From contig JAEDDP010000001.1 in NCBI GenBank assembly GCA_016297965.1, forward strand, positions 139,347-203,346: a DNA stretch of 64,000 nucleotides, in the 5' to 3' direction. The DNA is from Alphaproteobacteria bacterium. GTDB lineage: Bacteria > Pseudomonadota > Alphaproteobacteria > Rs-D84 > CACZYB01. The position numbers and the translations under genes were made by a program. Positions 9,443 to 19,990 of the stretch are shown in pieces; position 1 is the first letter of the stretch, and the number at the start of each line of letters is the position of its first letter. The notes beneath the pieces are model-generated. The model was given only the letters and a program-made list of their open reading frames with translations. It searched no databases and was not told where the DNA came from.

Positions 9443-9509
9443 CCATCAAAATAAATATAAAAAAAACCTTCCGATTGGAAGGTTAATTTTTTTTCATTTG
9501 AAACAGATA

Positions 9510-9752
9510 TTAGATATGTGCTTCAATGTACTTTACTGCATCACCAACAGTCAAAATCTTTTCAGCTTCTTCATCTGGAATTTCGCAACCGAATTCTTCT
9601 TCAAAAGCCATTACAAGTTCAACTGTATCAAGAGAATCTGCGCCAAGGTCATCAATGAAATTTGATTTTTCAGTAACCTTGTCAGCTTCTACACCAAGAT
9701 TTTCAACAACTATTTTTTTTACTTTTTCAAGAACATTTATTTGTTCAGCCAT
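9510..9752 (-). CDS. acpP: Acyl carrier protein
   Basis: 80 aa; [21 protein letters not shown] phosphopantetheine attachment motif. Confidence 0.95.
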   Translation of the reverse strand: MAEQINVLEKVKKIVVENLGVEADKVTEKSNFIDDLGADSLDTVELVMAFEEEFGCEIPDEEAEKILTVGDAVKYIEAHI

Positions 9753-9874
9753 TTTTTCACCTTTTCGTTTGTTAAAATAATTTTCAGTTTATAACCGAAT
9801 GAAGATAATTTACTATTTTCCCATATAAATGTCAAGAGCAAATACTGAAACAAGATTTTTGGGGTGCGAATCCG

Positions 9875-10174
9875 TTAGTTTCTGTAAAGGCTTTTTACAT
9901 CGGGTGCATAGTATAGGGCGTCAATTAACTCATCAATAGTTTCAATTTTGAATTTGTCGGTTGTTTCTGCCAAATCCTTTGAGAAGGTAGCCTCTAAATT
10001 TGCCAAGAAGTCCATCCAACTCCAATAATCCATACCAAGAGTTGAATAATTTTTATCCTTTATAGAAGCAAAGTTTTCATCAGGCAATACCTGACCGTCC
10101 TCGGTTAGGAGTTTTTGAATTTCCTGTGAGTAAAGCTTTTTTCTATTATACATTTGTTTTGTTTTATTAGTCAT
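9875..10174 (-). CDS. Hypothetical protein
   Basis: 99-aa ORF upstream of acpP on the same strand; no recognisable motif. Confidence 0.4.
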   Translation of the reverse strand: MTNKTKQMYNRKKLYSQEIQKLLTEDGQVLPDENFASIKDKNYSTLGMDYWSWMDFLANLEATFSKDLAETTDKFKIETIDELIDALYYAPDVKSLYRN

Positions 10175-10313
10175 AATACCAAATTATAGACAATATTCGT
10201 TTAATTTGTCAATAATTATTTTTTATGGCTAAAAATTTCTCCTTATCGGGTGTAAGTATCTATTGCAAAACTTATTTTTTCAAGTAAATTATATTATATA
10301 AGGAGAATTTGGT

Positions 10314-11633
10314 ATGAAATATTTGAAAAATATATTGTTTTTACTTGTTTTTATGTTTATGGGAATAAGTTCCAGTTTTGCTGAAATATATGTTGATATT
10401 GACAGTGGTAATATTGAACCAATATCAATTGCCATTATGGATTTTGATGGAAGTAATGTTTTTAATAAGGATATTGGAAAAAAAATTTCCGATGTTATTT
10501 CAAATGATTTGAAAAGAAGTGGGTTGTTTGCTCCGATTCCATCAGAGTCATTTATTGATAAAAAACAAAATGTTGCGGATTTACCAAAATTTGAAAACTG
10601 GACCGTTATAAATGCCCAGGCTTTACTTTATGGCAATATTACCTCTACGGATAATGGAAAGCTTCGTGTGGAATTTCATTTGTGGGATGTTCCCGCACAA
10701 CAAAGGATTGAAGGGCAGGCACTTATTACTGAAAAAACAAATTGGCGAAGGATTGCACATATAATTGCCGATTATGTATACAAAAGGATGACCGGAGATA
10801 AGGGATATTTTGATACAAGGGTTGTTTATGTTGCGGAAACTGGGTCAAAGCTTAATAGGACAAAACGACTTGCCATCGTGGATCAGGATGGGGCGAATCT
10901 TAAATACCTTACCGATGGAAAAATTCCAGTGACTACACCTGTATTTTCAAATAATTCACAAAAGATTGCCTATGTTACATATTTTAAACAAGTGCCAAGG
11001 GTTTATATTTTCAATATTGAAACTGGGGAACAGGAACTTTTGGGAAATTTCCCAGGGATGTCATTTGCCCCAAGGTTTTCACCGGATGATAAGTATGTTG
11101 TTATGAGTATTGCAACGGATGGAAATTCGGATATTTATGAAATGAATTTAGAAACAAAAAAGCTTAGGAAACTCACTTCACATCCAGCAATTGAAACGGC
11201 ACCGACCTATTCACCGGATGGAAAAAAGATTGCCTTTGTTTCGGATAGAAGTGGAAGACCACAAATTTATGTGATGAATCGTGATGGAAGTGGAGAGGAA
11301 CGAATCAGCTTTGGTGATGGACAATATGGTGATATTGTTTGGTCGCCACGTGGTGATTATCTTGCCTTTGTTAAAATAAAAAATAACAAATTTTATATTG
11401 GATTGATGTTTGATGATGGAAGTGGTGAACGACTTATTGCCGATGGGTATATGGTGGAATCGCCAACCTGGTCGCCAAATGGACGAAGAATTATTTTTTA
11501 TGAACAAATACCAACAAAGGATGGACAGGATAAACTTACCGTGCAAAGCGTTGATATTACAGGCTATAATCACGAAACAATGAAACTTCCGACGGATGCA
11601 TCTGACCCTGCTTGGTCGCCAATATTGCCTTAA
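10314..11633 (+). CDS. tolB: Tol-Pal system periplasmic beta-propeller protein TolB
   Basis: Signal peptide, TolB N-terminal domain, repeated SPDGK...IYxMN beta-propeller blades. Confidence 0.9.
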   Translation: MKYLKNILFLLVFMFMGISSSFAEIYVDIDSGNIEPISIAIMDFDGSNVFNKDIGKKISDVISNDLKRSGLFAPIPSESFIDKKQNVADLPKFENWTVINAQALLYGNITSTDNGKLRVEFHLWDVPAQQRIEGQALITEKTNWRRIAHIIADYVYKRMTGDKGYFDTRVVYVAETGSKLNRTKRLAIVDQDGANLKYLTDGKIPVTTPVFSNNSQKIAYVTYFKQVPRVYIFNIETGEQELLGNFPGMSFAPRFSPDDKYVVMSIATDGNSDIYEMNLETKKLRKLTSHPAIETAPTYSPDGKKIAFVSDRSGRPQIYVMNRDGSGEERISFGDGQYGDIVWSPRGDYLAFVKIKNNKFYIGLMFDDGSGERLIADGYMVESPTWSPNGRRIIFYEQIPTKDGQDKLTVQSVDITGYNHETMKLPTDASDPAWSPILP

Positions 11634-11707
11634 TGGGAGAAAATTATTGACTTAAAATATTTTTAGTCTATAATGATTCGTGTTTAATTTAAAATGGAGA
11701 AGACAAA

Positions 11708-12076
11708 ATGTTAGATGTAAATTTCAGATTCGTTGAAAACAGAAGAGAATATGCAAGAAGTATGGATAAGGTAAGAAAGTCATATATTGCTGCTCTTCGT
11801 TCTGAATATTTAAGGGCAGAAGAAAAAAAGAATAGAGAAACCCCAGAATGGTTTGCAAAGGAAATTGATAGAACACAATATAATATGTTAAAGTTTTGTC
11901 TTGCTCTTGCACTTAATAGTAAGGATATAAGGGCGCAAATTTCACTTAGAAATGTAAAAAAATATTTTGATGAAATTCAAAAAAGAGCATACGACAAATA
12001 TTCAAGACAAGAAATTGCCGATGCGATGTTTAAGGTTGTTGCACAAAATAAAACTATGTCCGACCTTATGAGATAA
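11708..12076 (+). CDS. Hypothetical protein
   Basis: 122-aa ORF with RBS; helical, charged; no recognisable motif. Confidence 0.4.
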   Translation: MLDVNFRFVENRREYARSMDKVRKSYIAALRSEYLRAEEKKNRETPEWFAKEIDRTQYNMLKFCLALALNSKDIRAQISLRNVKKYFDEIQKRAYDKYSRQEIADAMFKVVAQNKTMSDLMR

Positions 12077-12172
12077 GATTTATTTCATTATAGGAAAAAT
12101 TTAAGGTAGTCGTTTGGGCTACCTTTTTTATTGTTCCTTTAAAAAATCCCCACCGGTTGATGGGGAATATTT

Positions 12173-13192
12173 TTATTTGAACTTTATGACCTTTTTCTTT
12201 GTCATAGAATCAACTATACCACAAAGAAGTTTTAATGAACTTAGGGCATCCTTGTTTGAAATTAAGAAGTCCTTTCCTTCAAGCAAAGTTTTTGCAATGC
12301 TTTCATAATATGGGGTATGACCGAATCCGTAAACAGATTCAACATCATAGGATAAATCACAGAACGTTTCCCGTGGTTCTTCAAATTTCCAATCAAGTAT
12401 TTTGTTAAGGGCGATACCACCGATTTTTACCAATCCCTTTTCGCCAATTATTGTAATGCTTCCTTCATAATTTTCATTATAGGTAAGGACGGAAAGATTT
12501 ACATTTCCGATGATGTCATTTTTCCATTCAATTATTGCCGAACCGCAATCTTCGGTTTCAATTTTTCGTTCGCGGGTTTTTCCCATTGCATAAATGGATT
12601 TAAGTTCACTTTGCGAGAACCAATTCATTATGTCTGTATAATGTGAAGCCTGAGTTATAAAGGCGCCACCATCAATTTTTTTTGAACCGTGCCATGAGGG
12701 ATTTTTGTAATAATCATCATCACGGTACCAAAAAATGTTTGATGTCATCATATAAATTTTACCGAATGCCCCGTCATCAATAGCCTTTTTTACACATTGA
12801 ATTGTTGGGTTAAAGCGGTTTTGGTGTATAAGGAATACTTTTTTACCCTTTGAATTTGCATAATCAATAAGCTTTTTTCCGTCCTTATACGAAAGGGTGA
12901 GAGGTTTTTCAATGATTACATTTATTCCCGCCCTTAAAATCTTTTTAGCATTTTCGTAATGATAGCCATTTGGAGTACAAACACTTACACAATCAAGGTT
13001 TTCAAATTTTAACATATCGTCAAGGTTTGTGTATGGCTTCGCACCGGTTTTTTCCTGTGCCTTTTGTAAATTTGTTGGGTTAAGGTCGCATATTGCAACT
13101 ATTTCCATAGTATTATTGTTATTTTTGATTGCGTTGAAATGACAATCAGAAATTCTTCCACAACCAACAACTCCAATTCTTAGTTTTTGCAT
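12173..13192 (-). CDS. Gfo/Idh/MocA family NAD(P)-dependent oxidoreductase
   Basis: N-terminal Rossmann motif RIGVVGCGRIS, EKPL motif, 339 aa length. Confidence 0.85.
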   Translation of the reverse strand: MQKLRIGVVGCGRISDCHFNAIKNNNNTMEIVAICDLNPTNLQKAQEKTGAKPYTNLDDMLKFENLDCVSVCTPNGYHYENAKKILRAGINVIIEKPLTLSYKDGKKLIDYANSKGKKVFLIHQNRFNPTIQCVKKAIDDGAFGKIYMMTSNIFWYRDDDYYKNPSWHGSKKIDGGAFITQASHYTDIMNWFSQSELKSIYAMGKTRERKIETEDCGSAIIEWKNDIIGNVNLSVLTYNENYEGSITIIGEKGLVKIGGIALNKILDWKFEEPRETFCDLSYDVESVYGFGHTPYYESIAKTLLEGKDFLISNKDALSSLKLLCGIVDSMTKKKVIKFK

Positions 13193-13272
13193 ATTTTTAC
13201 CTCCGTAGGAATTTTCATTATACCATATAAAAAATAAAAGGCAAGTGTGGGAATTTTTAAATATTTATTCAT

Positions 13273-13312
13273 AAAAAAACACCGCCCAGTGTGGACGGTG
13301 TTAAAGTTTTTT
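13273..13312. terminator. Bidirectional intrinsic terminator (CACCGCC...GGACGGTG family) between convergent genes
   Basis: aaaaaaacaccgcccagtgtggacggtgttaaagtttttt. Confidence 0.6.
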
Positions 13313-13324
13313 ACAAAACTTGTT

Positions 13325-14776
13325 TTATGCCTTAATAACAGAAACAAGAGTTGTGGCACCTTCTGTAAAGATAGATTTTGATGTTTCTGTACCCTTACCA
13401 AATGTAAGAACAAGTTCATCACCATCTTTTGCAAGTTTAAGATCCTTTGCAATCTTTCTTGAAAGGTCATCAATTTTGTCAGAATCAGTTGATTCAACAA
13501 CAACTGGTGTTATACCCCAGCAAAGAGCAACACGTCCAGCAACCTTATCATTTGTTGTCACGGCAACGATAGGTGCATTTGGTTTGTGTTTTGCAAGGTT
13601 AATTGCAGTTGTACCACTTGTTGTATATGCGAATACAGCCTTTGCATCTGTTTTCTTTGTGATTTCAGCAGCAGCAGAAGTCATAACATCACCAAGTGTG
13701 TTTTCCTTAATTTCACTTGTGTATGCATCAACATACTTTCTGTATTCTGGATCTGCTTCTACTTGTTTGATGATAGATGACATCATCTTTACAGCATCAA
13801 CAGGGTATTTACCTTGTGCTGTTTCAGCGGACAACATAACGCAATCTGTGCATTCGTAAACTGCATTTGCAACGTCGGATGCTTCGGCACGTGTTGGGAA
13901 TGTGTTATCAATCATTGATTCCAACATATGTGTTGCAACGATAACAGGTTTTCTTTTTTCACGGCAAAGCTTTATCATTCTTTTTTGAAGTATTGGAACC
14001 ATTTGTGGTTCAACTTCTACACCAAGGTCACCACGTGCAACCATAATACCATCTGTAAGGTCAACGATTTCATCAAGGTAATCAAGAGCAGCAGTTGGTT
14101 TTTCAATCTTACATACCAAAGCGGCACGACCGTTAATAATCTTTTTTGCATAACGAACATCGTCTGGTGTTTGAACGAATGAAGCAGCAATCCAATCAAC
14201 GCCAAGGGATAGTGCGAATTCCAAATCGTCCAAATCTTTTTCTGTGAATACAGGAAGATTTACAACAGTGTTTGGAAGGTTGAAACCTTTTCTGTCGGAA
14301 ATTTTACCGCCAACGATAACCTTTGTTTTAACGCTTCCGGCAGTTTTTTCAATAACTTGAACCTTAATTTTACCATCGTTGATAAGAACGTAATCACCAA
14401 CCTTTAATGCGTCAAGAATTGCAACATTTGGAAGTTGAACACGTGTTGAATCGCCAAGTTCTTCGTTGTTATCAAAAGTAAATTCTTGACCATCTTCAAG
14501 CATTTCAAATTCGTTTTTGAATTTACCAACACGAAGCTTTGGACCTTGCATATCGGCAAGAATACCAATCTTTTTACCAAGTTCTTTTTCAATTCTTTTT
14601 ATATTATCAAATCTTTTTTTGTGGTCTTCGTGTGAACCATGAGAGAAGTTCAAACGGCATACGTTTACACCAGCTTCAATAACAGCTTTAAGGTTTTCAT
14701 ATTCCTCAGTTGAAGGACCAATAGTTGCTACGATTTTGGTAAATCTGTAATTATCATCAAGATTTTTCAAATCCAT
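13325..14776 (-). CDS. pyk: Pyruvate kinase
   Basis: 483 aa; TKIVATIGP, MVARGDLG and other conserved PK motifs. Confidence 0.95.
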   Translation of the reverse strand: MDLKNLDDNYRFTKIVATIGPSTEEYENLKAVIEAGVNVCRLNFSHGSHEDHKKRFDNIKRIEKELGKKIGILADMQGPKLRVGKFKNEFEMLEDGQEFTFDNNEELGDSTRVQLPNVAILDALKVGDYVLINDGKIKVQVIEKTAGSVKTKVIVGGKISDRKGFNLPNTVVNLPVFTEKDLDDLEFALSLGVDWIAASFVQTPDDVRYAKKIINGRAALVCKIEKPTAALDYLDEIVDLTDGIMVARGDLGVEVEPQMVPILQKRMIKLCREKRKPVIVATHMLESMIDNTFPTRAEASDVANAVYECTDCVMLSAETAQGKYPVDAVKMMSSIIKQVEADPEYRKYVDAYTSEIKENTLGDVMTSAAAEITKKTDAKAVFAYTTSGTTAINLAKHKPNAPIVAVTTNDKVAGRVALCWGITPVVVESTDSDKIDDLSRKIAKDLKLAKDGDELVLTFGKGTETSKSIFTEGATTLVSVIKA

Positions 14777-14892
14777 TTTTTACATCCTTTTCGTTTTGTT
14801 TCTTTTTTTTATTTTTTACTTGTAGTTAAGTAATTTTACGGCTAATATAATACATTATATTTTAAGTTTTACAACTTATTTTATTAACTTTT

Positions 14893-15153
14893 TTGAAAAA
14901 GGAGAAACAAATGGCAAAAACAGATGGAATTCAAGCAGAACAACTAAACAGCTTTATGGATAGAATTGAAAGATTGGAAGAAGAAATGGCAAATATCAGA
15001 AGTGATATTCGTGAAATTTATGCCGAAGCAAAAAGTGTTGGTTATGATCCAAAGATTATGAGGGTTGTTTTAAGATTAAAGAAGCTTGACGAAGCGGATA
15101 GGGTAGAACTTGACGAATTAACAGAAACCTATCGTGCAGCATTGAATGTTTAG
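14893..15153 (+). CDS. DUF2312 / GapR-like small nucleoid-associated protein (alphaproteobacterial marker)
   Basis: 86 aa coiled-coil protein with AEQLNSFMDRIERLEEE...IYAEAKSVGYDPKIMRVVLRLKK pattern recalled from GapR. Confidence 0.6.
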   Translation: MKKEKQMAKTDGIQAEQLNSFMDRIERLEEEMANIRSDIREIYAEAKSVGYDPKIMRVVLRLKKLDEADRVELDELTETYRAALNV

Positions 15154-15183
15154 TTAATTTAGTTTTATTTAATACATTTTGAA

Positions 15184-15218
15184 AATCCCCGCCTTTTTTG
15201 ACGGGGAGTTTTTTTTGT
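15184..15218 (+). terminator. Intrinsic terminator after the GapR-like gene
   Basis: aaaatccccgccttttttgacggggagtttttttt. Confidence 0.7.
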
Positions 15219-15295
15219 TGGTGTTGGATAATAAAAACTTTTCCTTGTACCATTCCGAATTTATTTCGGAAACTTTTTCTTTTACTCTCGTTCCT

Positions 15296-15500
15296 CTAAC
15301 GGATTTTGAAACAAGTTCAGGATGACGGGTGGACCGTGGGCTGGCGGACATTCGGTCCAACTTTACGGACGGATGCCTTCCGCACACACAATACATGCTC
15401 CATCACACCTGCCTGCACGCACCAGAAACTCTGGACTGCTGGCGGATGGTCTCCATCACCTATGGAGTGGGGGAGAAGCTATCACACAAAATTCTCCCAT
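15296..15500. ncRNA. Candidate structured non-coding RNA (GC-rich island, identity unresolved)
   Basis: About 55% GC vs ~36% background; multiple stems (ggaccg...cggtcc etc.); lies between two convergent terminators with no credible ORF. Confidence 0.35.
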
Positions 15501-15619
15501 ATATTTTTTGGGAAATAAAAATGAAAAATAATTTCCAATCATTCCCCAAATCAAAACACCAATCCTCCGTTTGCATAAAATAAACGTGGCTTGCTTTTTT
15601 ATTTTTCCTTCGTACTAAA

Positions 15620-15870
15620 AATTAGCTGGGGAGTTCGTAAATCATATGTTCTGAAATGCTCCTATGGATTTTAGAATACAAAATAAAGTATTCCTGTTGT
15701 ATAGCCATAGCTCCCCAACCACATAGGTTGAGGAAATAGTCGTCAACAACCGTTCAAAAGATGAACGGAACAACTCTCGGTGCTATTTTTACCGCTATAC
15801 TTCAAGAGCTTCTGACAGCTCCGTACCAAATTTCGGTACTGTTAATACACTTAGTGTATCGCAATCTATT
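15620..15870. ncRNA. Second candidate structured RNA / long nested inverted repeat
   Basis: Nested stems ggggag(...ctatgg...ccatag...)ctcccc, ccgttcaaaagatgaacgg, gtaccaaatttcggtac; non-coding context. Confidence 0.3.
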
Positions 15871-15902
15871 CTATATATTTTTTTCATAAATCAAGAATAA
15901 AA

Positions 15903-15936
15903 AAACTCCGCCTTTTAAAAAAGACGGAGTTTATAA
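15903..15936 (-). terminator. Intrinsic terminator of rpsA
   Basis: minus-strand reading: aaactccgtcttttttaaaaggcggagttttttt. Confidence 0.7.
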
Positions 15937-15951
15937 AGAATTTCAAAAAAT

Positions 15952-17664
15952 TTATTTCTTTGATTTCTTTTCTGCTTCTTTTATTGATGCACCAAGGATG
16001 TCCCCTAAAAGAGCACCAGTGTCAGTTGAGCCATATTCCTTCATTATCTTTTTCTCTTCTTCTATTTCATAAGCACGAATAGATAATGTAAGTTGCATTG
16101 TTTTGTTGTCAATTGCAGTAATTTTAGCGTCAACCTTTTCATCAACAGCGAATCTGTCTGGTCTTTGTTCTGACTTTGTCTTTGAAAGATCATTTGTTTT
16201 AATGAAACCAGGAAGTCCGTTAACATCAACTGCGATACCGTCTTCTTTGATTTCCTTTACAACACAGGTTACAATTTCACCCTTTTTTACACGATCAAGT
16301 GAAGATGCAACACGATCTTCCTTCAATTGTTTGATACCAAGAGAAATTCTTTCCTTATCAGCATCAATTTCAAGAATTTTTGTCTTGATTGTCATACCCT
16401 TTGAATAATCCTTTACGGCTTCTTCTGGGTTTTTATCCCAATCAATGTCAGATAGGTGAACCATACCGTCAAGGTCGTTTCCAAGGCTTACAAATATACC
16501 GAATTCAGTGATATTTTTGATTTCGCCTTCAATAATGTCGCCAACCTTGTGTGTTTCGGCGAATTCTTTCCATGGGTTTGGTGTGCATTGCTTTAAACCA
16601 AGTGAAATACGACGTTTTTCACGATCAATTTCAAGAATCATTACATCAACAGAATCGCCAGTTGAAATAACCTTTGATGGATGTACATTCTTCTTTGTCC
16701 ATGAAATTTCAGATACGTGTACAAGACCTTCAATACCATCATCCAAGTCAATGAATGCACCGTAATCTGTAAGGTTTGTTACTGTACCCTTGTAAATCTT
16801 GCCAACTTCAAAGTTGTCAATGTTTTCCCATGGATCTTTTTCAAGTTGTTTCATACCAAGTGATACACGACCAGATTCTCTGTCAAAGTTGATAACTTTA
16901 ACTGTAATTTTTTGACCAATTTGGAAAAGTTCGTTTGGATTTGAAACACGTTTCCATGAAATATCTGTGATATGTAAAAGACCATCAACACCACCAAGGT
17001 CAATAAATACACCATAGTCAGTAATGTTTTTGATGATACCTTCCATAATATCGCCAATTTTAATGTTTTTGATGATTTCATCACGTTTTTCAGCTCTGTC
17101 ACCTTCAAGGATTGCACGATGAGATACGATAAGATTTGATCTTAGTTTATCCATCTTTATAATCTTAAAGTCCATAGGTTTGTTCATAAGAGCGTTTACA
17201 TCCTTTACAGGATTGATGTCAAGTTGTGATGATGGCATAAATGCAGGGATTCCATTAAGATCAACAGTAAATCCACCACGTACACGGTCTGTAATTTGAC
17301 CAGTAACGATTTTGTTTTCTGCAACTTGTTTTTCAATTTCTTTCCATGTTTCTTCTTTTCTTGCCTTTTCACGGGAAGCAATAAGAAGACCATCACGACC
17401 TTCGTATCTTTCAACGTAAACATCAACGATGTCGCCAACCTTGATTTCATCGTTTCTGAATTCACGAATATCAATATGACCTTCGGATTTCAAACCAACG
17501 TTTACGATAACGAAGTCCTTTTTAATATCAACAATAGTACCCTTTGTTACATAACCTTCAAGTTTTGAAGAGTTTGTATACATAGAGTTAAATAATTCAG
17601 CAAAGTTTTCACCCGTTGAAAATAATTCTGCATCTGTATCGAAAATAGTTTTTTTAGCTTTCAT
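15952..17664 (-). CDS. rpsA: 30S ribosomal protein S1
   Basis: 570 aa; six S1 repeats; located downstream of cmk as in the conserved cmk-rpsA arrangement. Confidence 0.95.
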   Translation of the reverse strand: MKAKKTIFDTDAELFSTGENFAELFNSMYTNSSKLEGYVTKGTIVDIKKDFVIVNVGLKSEGHIDIREFRNDEIKVGDIVDVYVERYEGRDGLLIASREKARKEETWKEIEKQVAENKIVTGQITDRVRGGFTVDLNGIPAFMPSSQLDINPVKDVNALMNKPMDFKIIKMDKLRSNLIVSHRAILEGDRAEKRDEIIKNIKIGDIMEGIIKNITDYGVFIDLGGVDGLLHITDISWKRVSNPNELFQIGQKITVKVINFDRESGRVSLGMKQLEKDPWENIDNFEVGKIYKGTVTNLTDYGAFIDLDDGIEGLVHVSEISWTKKNVHPSKVISTGDSVDVMILEIDREKRRISLGLKQCTPNPWKEFAETHKVGDIIEGEIKNITEFGIFVSLGNDLDGMVHLSDIDWDKNPEEAVKDYSKGMTIKTKILEIDADKERISLGIKQLKEDRVASSLDRVKKGEIVTCVVKEIKEDGIAVDVNGLPGFIKTNDLSKTKSEQRPDRFAVDEKVDAKITAIDNKTMQLTLSIRAYEIEEEKKIMKEYGSTDTGALLGDILGASIKEAEKKSKK

Positions 17665-17871
17665 TGTAATTTTCTTTTTAGATGTTGGCCTGAACCTTAA
17701 AAAGTTCGGGACTTGTATGGTTAATATTCACGTTTAGATACAGCATACCCTGTAAATAAAGTGTCTTTTTATAAAAAAGTATGTGAATCATAGTATGAAA
17801 CAATTAAAGAGTCAAGAAAAAAGGAGGTAAAAGAAATAAAAAAATGCCCTTTTTTCAGGGCATTATGTTTT

Positions 17872-18567
17872 TTAATCAAATGTTATATGTAATCGTTCAT
17901 CAATGATTTTTTTTGCGACCTCAAACGTTTGTTCCTTACTATTTTCGGATGTGTTTATAACGATTGCGTCGTCGGCCTGTTTCATTGGGCTTGTCGCACG
18001 GGTACGGTCGGCTTCATCCCTTGCGATGATGGAGGCAAGAACCTCCTGATATGAGGCACTTTCACCTTGATCCAAATATTCCTTTAATCTTCGGCTTGCC
18101 CTTGTTTCTGGGCTTGCGGTGATAAAGAATTTTACAGGAGCATTTGGGCAAATTACGGTTCCTATGTCGCGACCTTCTATTACCGCACCCTTTGCCTTTC
18201 GTCCATCAGGAAGGTCAGGTGGATTTGTTCCAAAATCAATTTGGTATTTCCTCATAATAGTACGAATTTCGGGAATTTTTGCAACGGATGCAACATATTT
18301 ATTGGTAAGTTGAGAGCGAATCTTTGGATTTTTGGCATATTCCAAAATTTTGTGGGTATCGGATAATTTTTGGGTAAGGGCGATTGCGAATTCCAAATTT
18401 ATATCATCCATATTTTGTTCCATTTCAATCATACATAATGTAATTGCACGGTAAAGGCTTCCAGTGTCAAGGCCGGCAAAACCATAATGTTCACAAAGCT
18501 TTTTGGTTAGGGTTCCCTTTCCGGCACCTGCGGGTCCGTCAATTGCAATTATATTTGTATTAGCCAT
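17872..18567 (-). CDS. cmk: Cytidylate kinase
   Basis: IAIDGPAGAGKGT P-loop and Cmk-typical central/C-terminal motifs. Confidence 0.9.
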   Translation of the reverse strand: MANTNIIAIDGPAGAGKGTLTKKLCEHYGFAGLDTGSLYRAITLCMIEMEQNMDDINLEFAIALTQKLSDTHKILEYAKNPKIRSQLTNKYVASVAKIPEIRTIMRKYQIDFGTNPPDLPDGRKAKGAVIEGRDIGTVICPNAPVKFFITASPETRASRRLKEYLDQGESASYQEVLASIIARDEADRTRATSPMKQADDAIVINTSENSKEQTFEVAKKIIDERLHITFD

Positions 18568-18633
18568 AATATTATCTTCCTTCCATAAGTTTAAAAAAAA
18601 GACCTACATCAATAAAAATGTAGGTCCAAAATT

Positions 18634-19884
18634 TTATACGACTTTTTTGTCCTTCTTTTTATCTTGATAGATTATAATAGGACTTTTTTCTTTTTCAACA
18701 ACTTCTTTATCAACAATTACTTTTGTAATATTTTTGTTGTTTGGAATTTCAAACATTGTATCAAGAAGAAGGTTTTCAATTATTGAACGAAGTCCACGGG
18801 CGCCGGTTTTCCGCTTGATTGCCTTTTGTGCGATGGCTTCTAAACTGTCGTCTGTGAATTCAAGTTCAACATTTTCCATTTGGAAAAGAGTTTTATATTG
18901 TTTTACAAGGGCATTTTTAGGTTCAGTTAAAATTGAACATAATGCCTCCTTATTAAGGTCATCAAGGGTTACAATTATTGGCATACGACCCATCATTTCT
19001 GGAATAATACCGAATTTGATGATGTCTTCCGGTTCAATTTTACCCAAAAGTTCGGAAACACTTCGTTCTTGTTTGGATGCGATTGTTGCACCAAAACCCA
19101 TTGATGTCTTTTCGGTTCTTTTTTCAATGATTTTATCAATACCTTCAAATGCACCACCACAAATAAACAAAACGTTTGATGTATCAAACTGAATGAATTC
19201 TTGTTGTGGGTGTTTTCTTCCGCCCTGTGGTGGAACGGAAACAACGGCACCTTCAATCAATTTAAGAAGAGCTTGCTGTACGCCTTCACCACTTACATCA
19301 CGGGTAAGTGAAGGATTGTCGGATTTACGTGAAATTTTATCAATTTCATCAATGTAAACGATACCCTTTTGTGCCTTTTCAACATCGTAGTTTGTTGCTT
19401 GGAGAAGGCGAACAAGGATGTTTTCAACATCTTCACCAACGTATCCCGCCTCAGTCAATGTTGTTGCGTCGGCAATGGTGAATGGAACATCCAAAAATTT
19501 TGCCATAGTACTTGCAAGTAAGGTTTTACCACTTCCAGTTGGACCAATTAAAAGGATGTTTGATTTTTGAATGTCAACATCGTTTTGAACGGCCTTGTTA
19601 TAAAGTCTTTTGTAATGATTATGTACGGCAACGGATAAAACCTTTTTCGCACGTTGTTGTCCGATTACATAGTCATCAAGATGTTCAAGAATTTCATGTG
19701 GAGTAGGCGTTTCAGATGTGCTTTCTGTTATCGCCTTTTTTTGTTCCTCATTTATAATATTCATACAAAGTTTGATACAGGAATCACAAATGAAAACATT
19801 TGGTCCGGCGATAAGCTTTTTGGCTTCGTGTTGAGATTTTCCGCAAAAGGAACAATATTTTATATCTTTTGTTTCGTCAGTCAT
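18634..19884 (-). CDS. clpX: ATP-dependent Clp protease ATP-binding subunit ClpX
   Basis: N-terminal C4 zinc finger (CSFCGK...CDSC), Walker [13 protein letters not shown] pore loop, sensor motifs. Confidence 0.95.
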   Translation of the reverse strand: MTDETKDIKYCSFCGKSQHEAKKLIAGPNVFICDSCIKLCMNIINEEQKKAITESTSETPTPHEILEHLDDYVIGQQRAKKVLSVAVHNHYKRLYNKAVQNDVDIQKSNILLIGPTGSGKTLLASTMAKFLDVPFTIADATTLTEAGYVGEDVENILVRLLQATNYDVEKAQKGIVYIDEIDKISRKSDNPSLTRDVSGEGVQQALLKLIEGAVVSVPPQGGRKHPQQEFIQFDTSNVLFICGGAFEGIDKIIEKRTEKTSMGFGATIASKQERSVSELLGKIEPEDIIKFGIIPEMMGRMPIIVTLDDLNKEALCSILTEPKNALVKQYKTLFQMENVELEFTDDSLEAIAQKAIKRKTGARGLRSIIENLLLDTMFEIPNNKNITKVIVDKEVVEKEKSPIIIYQDKKKDKKVV

Positions 19885-19990
19885 CTTTTATTCTTTCCTG
19901 TAATTTAAAATTGTTAACATTATATTGTATTTTAGGTGTTTTTTCAAATGAATTATTTTTGATTTATAACTAATTGAATAAACGGAATTT

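Noticed and set aside
9875-10174. Possible second acyl-carrier-like protein upstream of acpP
   Set aside because: Lacks the DSL phosphopantetheine attachment motif; left as hypothetical
11211-11573. 120-aa minus-strand ORF
   Set aside because: Inside tolB on the opposite strand
12114-12308. 64-aa plus-strand ORF
   Set aside because: Overlaps the 3' end of the oxidoreductase gene on the opposite strand and spans the terminator hairpins
15306-15583. Three overlapping 69-84-aa ORFs in the GC-rich intergenic island
   Set aside because: Mutually overlapping frames, no RBS, atypical composition; region better explained as structured RNA
15296-15900. Specific identification as two-piece alphaproteobacterial tmRNA or RNase P RNA
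   Set aside because: Could not find the tmRNA T-loop (GGTTCGANTCC) followed by CCA, a plausible tag reading frame ending in AA-stop, or the RNase P P4 motifs (GGAAAGTCCGGGC / ACAGAAnCCGGCTTA) on either strand; kept only as an unclassified structured RNA candidate
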